This document shows positions 15,770-22,893 of a stretch of 24,000 nucleotides of DNA, one piece after another. Positions within the stretch are counted from its first letter, which is position 1. Every line of letters begins with the position of its first letter. The stretch is from Betaproteobacteria bacterium SCN2 (GTDB lineage: Bacteria > Pseudomonadota > Gammaproteobacteria > Burkholderiales > Thiobacillaceae), in assembly GCA_008923285.1 (NCBI GenBank), contig WBSG01000009.1, forward strand, positions 44,114 through 68,113, read 5' to 3'. The notes beneath the pieces are model-generated. The model ran no database searches. It had not been told where the DNA came from and worked only from the letters and a program-made list of their open reading frames with translations. The position numbers and the translations under genes were made by a program.

Positions 15770-16666
15770 CTAGTGCCGGATATATACTTCCACGCATTCC
15801 CGCATGGTGTTGTCATGAATCTCAAGGATCGGCCCTATGCCCCCTTCGGCATCCACCTGATATCCCCCTGCCAGATCCCAGGCAATGGGCACACCACATT
15901 CCTTGGCTGTCTTGAACACCAGGCCATCGCGCAGCCTGATTTGCTCCGTGGTCAGGAATCCGCCCAAGGGATCATTGATGTGCGGATCAGCGCCGGCCTG
16001 GTACAGGATGATTTGGCAATCCTGCATGGACCTTACGAGTGCTGGAATGCGGGATATGAACGCCTTGGCTTGCGCTGCCTCAGCGTATTCACTGCCCGCG
16101 GTGTAGTGCCTGATCCAAGAGGAAGCCTGGTGATGCTGAATCAGATCTTCCGTTCCATCGCCGTAATGCATGTCGAAATCAAGAATCCCGATGCGTGTCG
16201 CTAGACCTTCATGCTTCAAGGAAAGTGACGTCACCATCAGGCCGTTGAAGGTGCAATATCCGAACGGCTGATCGTATCCTGCGTGGTGAAATCCGGAACA
16301 GGGTGCAACGGCGATCTGGCCGTTGCGGACGGCCTCACGAGCAGCCGACAGCATCGCGCCGACAGTATAGGGAAGCGTGGCAGCCACTTCCTGCAGCGTG
16401 TTTCCGAATCCATTCTTGATCTCCCCGGCCAGAATCCCTTCTACATAGGCAGGACTGTGGGTACGCTTGAGATCCTCGATGGTTGCTGGCGAAGGTTCCA
16501 TGATGCGGATCGGTAACCTGCGATCCATCCAGGATGCGACAACTTGTGCAGGCTTCCCCGCGCTAGGGGAAAAGCTCTCGAAGTTTGCGACCATCCTTGG
16601 CGTATAGAATACCGGCAGCTTCTCTAGCCGCGCGTCGTCTTGGATTTGGTGGCCCATGTCGAACAT
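15770..16666 (-). CDS. histone-deacetylase-fold (arginase/deacetylase superfamily) amidohydrolase
   Basis: All classic HDAC motifs are present: SGFHHAGYD (His-His dyad), FGYCTFNG, DFDMHYGDGT (Zn ligands Asp/His), YQAGADPHINDPLGG (Zn Asp) and LAGGYQ (catalytic Tyr). The start is ambiguous: TTG ending at 16669, ATG at 16666 or ATG at 16657. Confidence 0.85.
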   Translation of the reverse strand: MFDMGHQIQDDARLEKLPVFYTPRMVANFESFSPSAGKPAQVVASWMDRRLPIRIMEPSPATIEDLKRTHSPAYVEGILAGEIKNGFGNTLQEVAATLPYTVGAMLSAAREAVRNGQIAVAPCSGFHHAGYDQPFGYCTFNGLMVTSLSLKHEGLATRIGILDFDMHYGDGTEDLIQHHQASSWIRHYTAGSEYAEAAQAKAFISRIPALVRSMQDCQIILYQAGADPHINDPLGGFLTTEQIRLRDGLVFKTAKECGVPIAWDLAGGYQVDAEGGIGPILEIHDNTMRECVEVYIRH

Positions 16667-16703
16667 CAATATGAATGGAGAAGGTCATATTGAAATCGAT
16701 GTA

Positions 16704-16722
16704 TGCGACAAAAAGTGTCGCA
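16704..16722. promoter_or_regulatory. operator-like palindrome B, copy 2: TGCGACA-aaaag-TGTCGCA
   Basis: Perfect 7+7 inverted repeat, 35-47 nt upstream of the candidate HDAC-fold gene starts (38 nt from the ATG at 16666). Confidence 0.65.
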
Positions 16723-16929
16723 TGCAACTGGATTTGTATGGATCGACTACCCTTACAGCTTCTCCCGGATTTGCCCTCCGCTACGCATCGCCACTGGTTC
16801 CAGTCGGGCCTGTGAATAACTTGCCCGACTTATTCTGACATGCGTATTACTTGATGATGCGAACGCTAGCTCCCGGAAAGATAGGCGCGGTATGCAATTT
16901 TAGTCTGGCTGATTAACAGTGAGCAGACA

Positions 16930-17631
16930 TCAACTCGCTGAAGACAACTCGAACTTATTACGCTTGTAGCGGGATAGCAGACCACCTACTTCATCTCTGA
17001 ACAAAGCAATGTAATCATCGTTCAACCCATGGCTACCGCTCGGATGTGGTAAGCAGGCAACTTCGCATCGCTCAAAGCTCTGGAACCATACTTTGAATCG
17101 TCTTCCATTGAATGGCTTTTGAACAGCGAAGGGATCTTTGGTGCAATTTCCCATTATCTGTTTGAAACGACCCAGCACCTTCCCATCTTGCATTTTCTCG
17201 ATCAGCTTCGACCCCATGAGTAGAATAACACTGGGCCTAAAGTGGTCGACATGGAAAATGAAATTATCTACATGAACAGGTATTAACAGCTTCGTGTAGT
17301 CGCCTCCCATCGAGTGGCCTTCCGTATTACACCAGTTTGTCTGCGCGATGGATTTCTCAAAATCTCCCGGGTTATCCCTATTCAGCGCGTGTCCCCAGAA
17401 ACCAAACCACTTGATAATGTTTTGATCGTATGGCCAACTATAAGCGCGAGGACCGTAGCACAACCCCTTGTTAGAGAAGGTACAGCCAGAGTTGAGCTCA
17501 ATGGGTTGAACATTACCCGCCTCATCGTTCTCCTGGTCCGTCTTGGAGTAACCCCATTCGTATCCACAAATCATCAGCCCCTCCTGTTGCTGCGGGAACT
17601 GAGTGTGCGCAAGATTGAGTTGTTGTCTCAA
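16930..17631 (-). CDS. hypothetical protein; possible uracil-DNA-glycosylase-superfamily fold
   Basis: LMICGYEWGYS resembles UDG motif A (G-x-x-x-G after beta1). SVILLMGSKL resembles the central strand. ACLPHPSGSHGL resembles MUG-type motif B (LPNPSGLS). The first codon is TTG at 17631. An ATG ending at 17574 (MICGYEW) has a strong AGGAGGGG SD, so the true start is uncertain. Confidence 0.45.
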   Translation of the reverse strand: MRQQLNLAHTQFPQQQEGLMICGYEWGYSKTDQENDEAGNVQPIELNSGCTFSNKGLCYGPRAYSWPYDQNIIKWFGFWGHALNRDNPGDFEKSIAQTNWCNTEGHSMGGDYTKLLIPVHVDNFIFHVDHFRPSVILLMGSKLIEKMQDGKVLGRFKQIMGNCTKDPFAVQKPFNGRRFKVWFQSFERCEVACLPHPSGSHGLNDDYIALFRDEVGGLLSRYKRNKFELSSAS

Positions 17632-17641
17632 TTGTTATCCT

Positions 17642-17962
17642 TCACCACAAACGAAATAAAAGTTTCCCCGCGACAGCAAGAATCGACAAATTCCCGATCT
17701 CGTAGGTATTAGCCGAGTTCGCGCCAAGCTTGGGCTTGACTTTCCCGTTCTCAATTACCCAAGTGTTAGATGACGATGCTCCAATTTTTGGCTTCAGCTC
17801 TTTTCCGTCCCATAGCCAGGTATTTGAGGATGAGGCATTCATTTTCGGCTTGATTTCCCGTCCATCGAACAACCAGGTATTTGTTGAGGACGGGTTGTTC
17901 TTGGGTTTTAGTTCACGTCCATTACAAACCCAGTTGCCAGGCAGTTCTAGTTTGTTCGCCAT
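17642..17962 (-). CDS. small protein made of four 19-aa tandem repeats plus a hydrophobic tail
   Basis: The repeats are WVCNGRELKPKNNPSSTNT, WLFDGREIKPKMNASSSNT, WLWDGKELKPKIGASSSNT and WVIENGKVKPKLGANSANT, followed by YEIGNLSILAVAGKLLFRLW. The ATG ending at 17962 has AAAGGA 5 nt upstream. Confidence 0.7.
   Translation of the reverse strand: MANKLELPGNWVCNGRELKPKNNPSSTNTWLFDGREIKPKMNASSSNTWLWDGKELKPKIGASSSNTWVIENGKVKPKLGANSANTYEIGNLSILAVAGKLLFRLW
17705..17932 (-). repeat. 4 x 57-nt in-frame tandem repeat (19-aa units)
   Basis: The periodicity is visible at both protein and DNA level, for example CCAGGTATTTGAGGATGAGGC... and CCAGGTATTTGTTGAGGACGG... spaced 57 nt apart. Confidence 0.8.
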
Positions 17963-18079
17963 CACGATCCTTTGTTGCTTGGTGTTAGAAGGGTGTTTCT
18001 ATTCGATCACTATTACTATGAATTCAAAATTATGCTGCGCCAATTGGCCATTCGATGTATCTCGTCACTCAAAATGGGA

Positions 18080-19081
18080 CTAATTGTAAAGTGCAATCAT
18101 TCCTGAGATTTCTTCTTGAATGGCCTTACGCAAACTGACTGGCTTGACGACTTCCACATAGTGCCCGAGCCCCAGAATCCACCACTTCAATTGGAGTGTA
18201 TCCGCGACTGTGGCAATGACCCTGAGTCGGCCATCCTTGCTCTCCGAAATGACCTGATCGTCTGACAGCGGTGTTTCGTACAAATGCCTGCCGCTGTCAG
18301 GATCGAACAGCAGTTCGATCCTGATCTGGTCACCGTCCCCGAAGTCCATATGTCCTTCCGCCAGGTAGGTATCGATCGAGAAATCCTCCGGACGGGTGAA
18401 TGTCCTGTCCATGCGTGTCGCCTTCTTGATGCGACAGACCGTCAGGATGCGGGTGTCGTCGTAGCCTTCATAGCGGCAAACCAGGTACAGCATGGGTCCG
18501 CGCATGACGTATGCAAGCGGAGAGATGATGTGTTCTTTTGCCTCCGTGCGCCCGCGCCCCTGGTAGCTGACTTGCAGCCACTGGTTATTAAGAAGTGCGA
18601 GGCTGACGGCTTCGTGAACCTTGGGATCAATCGGGCAGGGTTTGAGCGGCTGGGCCGGGGTGCGGGCGCGCACCTTGTCGGGCCAGTCTTTGAGTGCCTT
18701 GGCGTTGTGCGAGGACTTCAACCGCTCACGCGCAGCCTTGAGTAGTGGCGACAAGCTGTCCAGCACGGTGGGGGGCAGCATGTCCTTGATGTGGCGCTCC
18801 AGCATGTAGAGGGACAGCGCCTGCTCGTCATTCATGGCCGGCAGGTTCCAGATGGCAGCATCCCTGGGCCAGCTCCAGCCGTAGGTGCGGTCCCGATCGT
18901 CCACCTGCAGCCCGAACAGTTCCACAAAACTCCACAGATCGCGCTCCACGCTGCGTTTGTTGATGCCGTAGCCGCGATCCATCAGCTTCTCGGTCAGCTG
19001 GCTGGCGGTGATCTGGCTGGGGTAGCGCGGGATCAGCCTCAGCATTTCCCACTGGCGAAGCAGAGTGTTGTCCTTGCTCAT
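18080..19081 (-). CDS. HTH-WYL-WCX transcriptional regulator, regulator 2
   Basis: N-terminal wHTH (LLRQWEMLRLIPRYPSQITASQLTEKLMDRGYGINKRSVERDLWSF), a WYL-position variant (GPMLYLVCRYEGYDDTRILTVCRI) and a WCX-like tail (LKWWILGLGHYVEVVKPVSLRKAI). Start set at MSKDNT with GAGAGG 4 nt upstream. Confidence 0.85.
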   Translation of the reverse strand: MSKDNTLLRQWEMLRLIPRYPSQITASQLTEKLMDRGYGINKRSVERDLWSFVELFGLQVDDRDRTYGWSWPRDAAIWNLPAMNDEQALSLYMLERHIKDMLPPTVLDSLSPLLKAARERLKSSHNAKALKDWPDKVRARTPAQPLKPCPIDPKVHEAVSLALLNNQWLQVSYQGRGRTEAKEHIISPLAYVMRGPMLYLVCRYEGYDDTRILTVCRIKKATRMDRTFTRPEDFSIDTYLAEGHMDFGDGDQIRIELLFDPDSGRHLYETPLSDDQVISESKDGRLRVIATVADTLQLKWWILGLGHYVEVVKPVSLRKAIQEEISGMIALYN

Positions 19082-19130
19082 GGCGCCTCTCATTTGTCCG
19101 GATGGCTCAATCCTAGCAAGGATAGTGTTT

Positions 19131-19155
19131 CAGTGCGACACGTTATGTCGCACTG
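19131..19155. promoter_or_regulatory. operator-like palindrome B, copy 3: CAGTGCGACA-cgtta-TGTCGCACTG
   Basis: Perfect 10+10 inverted repeat, the longest copy. It is centred in the 119-nt divergent region between WYL-2 (start 19081) and the FtsZ-like gene (start 19201). Confidence 0.7.
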
Positions 19156-19200
19156 CTGCCTAAACTGGCCATACTTTGATATAGCGAGGCATGGGCAGGC

Positions 19201-19992
19201 ATGAAGGCATTTGTGGTGAGGTGTGAATACGAGGATGGCGACAGCTACGAGTGGCCGCGCTTTGTCGTGCTGGGCAAGCGCGCGGACGTTCTGGCCGACC
19301 GCATGATCGAATACGCGGGATCGATTTCCCCTGTCGATTGGAAGCTGCAACCGAATGCAATCGAAACCAGACAGTTCGACGTACAAAACTGGCTGGCCAT
19401 GCAGGAAAGCACGGGGTGGACGAACCAGCTCTTTGTGGCGATTGCAGGTACCTTGAGTGGGGAAGAATGCTCCCTACTCGATCGTGTGCTGGCATTGTCG
19501 GGGCAGCACTGCGTCATCGTGGCTGATGCGCACACGCCGCTTCAGGCTACCTGGCAGTCTGTCATTCGGCTACCGCCACATCGTTCATGGGATGCCCAAT
19601 GGGCCTGGGGCATTCGGGTCGTGCTGGACGTGCTGCTGGAAGCGGCGGTTCAGCGAGGATTGATTTGCTTCTGCCCCGATGATGTCCGGATCTGCCTCGA
19701 AGGGCGCTATAGCGAGTTGGCGGTCGCGCACGCCGAAGGCGAAGACAGGGCTGTAGTGGCCGTGGAGAAGGTTCTGCAAGCGTTATCCGGGCGGATGGAT
19801 CTGGCGCTTGCCGAGGCTTTCATCCTGAGTTTCCATGCCGGTTCGGACATCCGCATGCGGGAAATTCATCTTGGGTTGGAGCGACTCAAGGATGTTATCG
19901 TCAGGGAGGATGTCACTATCATGTCGGACATGGTCTGGACAGAAGACCGTCGTTTTGCCGTGAGCCTGATCGCCTCCGCACCTTTTGCCTGA
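19201..19992 (+). CDS. FtsZ/tubulin-fold protein with degenerate GTP-binding loops (predicted pseudo-GTPase)
   Basis: Collinear with E. coli FtsZ as I recall it. RFVVLGKRADVLADRMIE aligns with IKVIGVGGGGGNAVEHMVRE. LFVAIAGTLSGEECSLLDRV aligns with MVFIAAGMGGGTGTGAAPVVAEV. QRGLICFCPDDVRICL aligns with RPGLMNVDFADVRTVM. AHAEGEDRAVVAVEKVL aligns with GVASGEDRAEEAAEMAI. FHAGSDIRMREI aligns with ITAGFDLRLDEF. AVSLIASA aligns with VTVVATG. The G-rich T1 and T4 loops are replaced, and about 30 aa covering T2/T3 are missing. Confidence 0.65.
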   Translation: MKAFVVRCEYEDGDSYEWPRFVVLGKRADVLADRMIEYAGSISPVDWKLQPNAIETRQFDVQNWLAMQESTGWTNQLFVAIAGTLSGEECSLLDRVLALSGQHCVIVADAHTPLQATWQSVIRLPPHRSWDAQWAWGIRVVLDVLLEAAVQRGLICFCPDDVRICLEGRYSELAVAHAEGEDRAVVAVEKVLQALSGRMDLALAEAFILSFHAGSDIRMREIHLGLERLKDVIVREDVTIMSDMVWTEDRRFAVSLIASAPFA

Positions 19993-20009
19993 ACAGAAAG
20001 GACTTACAA

Positions 20010-21473
20010 GTGGCCGGACTTTCCAAATCCCGCATCCTGCTCAACCAGCAATGCCCGAAGCGTCTGTGGCTCAAGGTCAACCGGCCCGATCTGGAAGAGG
20101 CGTCGGATGGCATGAAGGCGCGCTTTGCCGCCGGCGACCAGATCGGCGACATCGCGCGCAGGCTTCATCCCGATGGCCTGCTGATCGATGCGGGCGATCT
20201 CAAGGGCGCGCTCGCCCAGACCAGGGCAGCCCTTGATGAAGCGCCGCGACCCTTGTTCGAGGCCACCTTCGAGCACCAGGGCCTGCTGGTCCAGGCCGAC
20301 CTGCTGCTGCCCGAAGGCGGCGCCTGGCGCATGGTGGAGGTGAAGTCCTCCACCACGGTCAAGGACTACCACCTGACCGATGCGTCGGTGCAGGCCTGGG
20401 TGCTGGAGCAGGCGGGCATGCCGCTAAGCCGGGTGGAAGTCGCCCATGTCGACAACACCTTCGTCTATCCGGGCAACGGCGATTACCACGGTCTGCTGGC
20501 GCATGCGGACATCTCGCGCGAGGCTCGGGCACTGCAGCCGGAGATTCCCGTCTGGATCGATCAGGCCAGACAAACGCTGGATCTTGCTTCCGAACCGGCC
20601 ATGCAACCCGGCCCCCAGTGCACCGATCCCTTCGAGTGCCCTTTCCGCCATCACTGCGACCCGGCCGCCATGGAGCCGATCCCAGCGCACTCGGTCCGGG
20701 TGCTGCCTCATGGCGGCAAGTTCGTGACCGGCCTGCTTGAGCAGGGCAAGGACGACCTGCGGCAACTGCGCATGGATGAGTTGAAAAAGGAAAACCATCA
20801 GCGCATCTGGCGCACCCTGCAAACCGGGCAGGCCGAACTGGACCCGCGTGCCAGCAAGGTCATCAGAGGACTGGGCTGGCCGCGCTATTACATGGACTTC
20901 GAGACCATTAACCCGGCCGTGCCGCTGTGGCCAGGCACGCGCCCCTACCAGCACGTACCGTTTCAGTGGTCGTGCCACATAGAGAGGCCCGATGGGTTGG
21001 AACATGCAGCGTTCCTAGCCGAGGCAGGGATAGATCCCCGCCGGCCCTTCATCGAATCGCTGCTGGCCACACTGGGGGATACGGGTCCGGTATTGGTCTG
21101 GAATGCGTCTTTTGAGCGTGGGCGGCTGGAAGACCTGGCGGACACTTTCCCTGACTTGGCGAAGCCGATCCAGAAAGTGATCAAGCGCCTGTTCGACCTG
21201 CTGCCGCTGTCACGTGACCATTATTACCACCCAGAGATGCGCGGCTCCTGGTCGATCAAGGCAGTATTGCCCACGATTGCCCCGGAGCTGAGCTACGAGG
21301 GGCTGGAAGTAGCACACGGTGGCGCGGCGCAAGAAGCATTTGTCGAGATGATTGCCCCGACCACCTCTCCCGAACGCAAGGCCGCACTCAGGCAGGCAAT
21401 GCTGGAGTACTGCGAGCGCGACACGCTGGCGATGGTGAAGATTGCCGAGCATTACAGCCAGGCGGACAACTAG
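20010..21473 (+). CDS. Cas4-like PD-(D/E)XK nuclease fused to a DUF2779 domain
   Basis: GTG start 17 nt after the upstream stop, with AAAGGA upstream. The N-terminal half has QQCPKRLW plus CTDPFECPFRHHC (1+3 Cys, a Cas4/AddB-type Fe-S arrangement) and MVEVKSS (ExK). The C-terminal half has the DUF2779 hallmark YYMDFETINPAVPLWPGTRPYQHVPFQWSCH (DxE, exonuclease-like). Confidence 0.85.
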   Translation: MAGLSKSRILLNQQCPKRLWLKVNRPDLEEASDGMKARFAAGDQIGDIARRLHPDGLLIDAGDLKGALAQTRAALDEAPRPLFEATFEHQGLLVQADLLLPEGGAWRMVEVKSSTTVKDYHLTDASVQAWVLEQAGMPLSRVEVAHVDNTFVYPGNGDYHGLLAHADISREARALQPEIPVWIDQARQTLDLASEPAMQPGPQCTDPFECPFRHHCDPAAMEPIPAHSVRVLPHGGKFVTGLLEQGKDDLRQLRMDELKKENHQRIWRTLQTGQAELDPRASKVIRGLGWPRYYMDFETINPAVPLWPGTRPYQHVPFQWSCHIERPDGLEHAAFLAEAGIDPRRPFIESLLATLGDTGPVLVWNASFERGRLEDLADTFPDLAKPIQKVIKRLFDLLPLSRDHYYHPEMRGSWSIKAVLPTIAPELSYEGLEVAHGGAAQEAFVEMIAPTTSPERKAALRQAMLEYCERDTLAMVKIAEHYSQADN

Positions 21474-21493
21474 CACCACGGAGCATGCATGAG

Positions 21494-21512
21494 CGCGACA
21501 TGGATTGTCGCA
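21494..21512. promoter_or_regulatory. operator-like palindrome B, copy 4: CGCGACA-tggat-TGTCGCA
   Basis: 13 of 14 arm positions are palindromic, and the flanks GAG/CTC extend the pairing. It lies 71 nt upstream of the membrane-protein start (21583) and 21 nt after the DUF2779 gene stop. Confidence 0.55.
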
Positions 21513-21582
21513 CTCTGGCTCTACCATGTACTCAAGCTCATGCCGAGCTCAAAGTTCAATAACATCCAATAAGGGAGGAAAA

Positions 21583-22323
21583 ATGCTTCAACAAATCGAA
21601 ACCATCTATCTGGCCATTCTCAGGGTCGTCGTCATAGTCATCGCCGGCCTGCTGCTGGTTTCCGTCGTGATCTACGGGCTGAACTCCTTCCAGGGACTGT
21701 CCGAGCCCAAGCCGGACACCACGCCGCCTGCGATCACCAGCGAGTCACTGACCCGTGAGCTCACGGAAACAACCACCGGGGCTGACAACACCCCCGAGTT
21801 ACGAGATGACGCGGAGGCTGAACAAAAGGCTGACCTGGCAAAGAACGGCATCCACTACTCGCGCGCAGCCGAGGCAATAGCCAGGTTTGTGGAAAAACAA
21901 TCGGGTGGCGAGGAATTGGTGATTAAGCAGAAGGTCGAAGAGGTGATCAAGGAGAACGCCGAGTCGCAACCGACGCCAGAACTGGCAACAGCCTATGCGA
22001 AAGGGTTCGCTGATGCCATCGAAGGCACCCTGGCCAATCCTTCCATTGCTAACCTGGCACAGCAAACAGGCGCCATAGAGGTCGTCAACAAGGCATTGAA
22101 CGCTTACAGCCAGTCATTCCACGATCAGCTGGCCGAAAAGGAGCGGAAATTCGTCGAGGAACAACAAGAACGTTTGGAGAAGCAGGCGGGGGCCATGATG
22201 AGCCTCTATATAGCAGCCGGCGCGTTCGGCATGTTTCTGCTGGTCGTGTTCCTGTCCATCTTCATCCGCATCGAGCGGCACCTCCGGCACCTGGATGGCA
22301 GGCCGCTTACGCAGAACAGCTGA
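21583..22323 (+). CDS. bitopic/hairpin membrane protein, 246 aa
   Basis: Start at MLQQIETIY with AAGGGAGG 5 nt upstream. N-terminal TM helix (LRVVVIVIAGLLLVSVVIYGL), an acidic helical middle and a C-terminal TM helix (LYIAAGAFGMFLLVVFLSIFI). Followed by a palindromic terminator. Confidence 0.7.
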   Translation: MLQQIETIYLAILRVVVIVIAGLLLVSVVIYGLNSFQGLSEPKPDTTPPAITSESLTRELTETTTGADNTPELRDDAEAEQKADLAKNGIHYSRAAEAIARFVEKQSGGEELVIKQKVEEVIKENAESQPTPELATAYAKGFADAIEGTLANPSIANLAQQTGAIEVVNKALNAYSQSFHDQLAEKERKFVEEQQERLEKQAGAMMSLYIAAGAFGMFLLVVFLSIFIRIERHLRHLDGRPLTQNS

Positions 22324-22381
22324 TCGAAGGTTGGTGTTGCCCCTAATGACTTCCGGGGACGGAGTTCTACAAGGTTGAAAA

Positions 22382-22407
22382 TCAGGGCCGGGATATCCCG
22401 GCCCTGA
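22382..22407. terminator. bidirectional intrinsic terminator
   Basis: Perfect 26-nt palindrome TCAGGGCCGGGAT/ATCCCGGCCCTGA giving a GC-rich stem. It is preceded by GTTGAAAA and followed by CCATTTATTTATC, so each strand has a T-rich tail. It sits between convergent genes ending at 22323 (+) and 22412 (-). Confidence 0.75.
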
Positions 22408-22411
22408 CCAT

Positions 22412-22612
22412 TTATTTATCTTCGGACTCTGGCACCCAGATAAATCCGTTAGGGGTTTTCTTGCCGATGTGCCGGACACCGTGGATCAGCATCACCAGCT
22501 GCCGGCCCTCATTGCGCATTTCTGCCGGTGGGGGAACAGGATCACCGATCTCGTCATAACGATGGGAATAGATGCGGCTGCGCACATTGGCGCCGAACGG
22601 TTTGCGGTTCAT
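22412..22612 (-). CDS. hypothetical small protein, 66 aa
   Basis: The internal ATG (MNRKPFGANV) has AAGGAG 6 nt upstream. The gene ends at the shared terminator. No domain recognised. Confidence 0.45.
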   Translation of the reverse strand: MNRKPFGANVRSRIYSHRYDEIGDPVPPPAEMRNEGRQLVMLIHGVRHIGKKTPNGFIWVPESEDK

Positions 22613-22893
22613 GACTGACTCCTTTTCAAGTTGATCGAAGCCTTGCAGACGCACGATTCCCGTGCGATGCATAAGCCAAAAAAATCAACTTGTCTGTCAG
22701 GTCAGCTCATAAGTGACGCAATACCTCGTTATCCAAGCGGGCCAACAACAGTGTCGGTCCTCTGGTCTGATTCAAAGAGTCCCCCTATGCCTCAGCCACG
22801 TCCCATTCATGGCAGGATAGGTAGTACTCACGGGGAATTATAGTCCCAACGACATCGCAGTTAAATGACACCCTGCGCGCACTTAACCCAAAC

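Noticed and set aside
16656-16838. 60-aa + strand ORF overlapping the HDAC start and operator-B copy 2, followed by the hairpin GTCGGGC...GCCCGAC (16803-16829)
   Set aside because: It has no SD and no domain, and it spans a predicted promoter and operator region. It is most likely a spurious ORF.
18415-18435. Everted arrangement TGTCGC-cttcttgat-GCGACA inside the WYL-2 coding sequence
   Set aside because: The half-site order is reversed and the spacing differs (9 nt) from the four promoter copies. It is also intragenic. Possibly coincidental, so it is not counted as an operator.
22650-22666. CGCACG-attcc-CGTGCG palindrome about 38 nt upstream of the 66-aa gene
   Set aside because: The arms are only 6 bp, there is a single copy, and it is unrelated to motifs A or B. 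That is too weak to call an operator.
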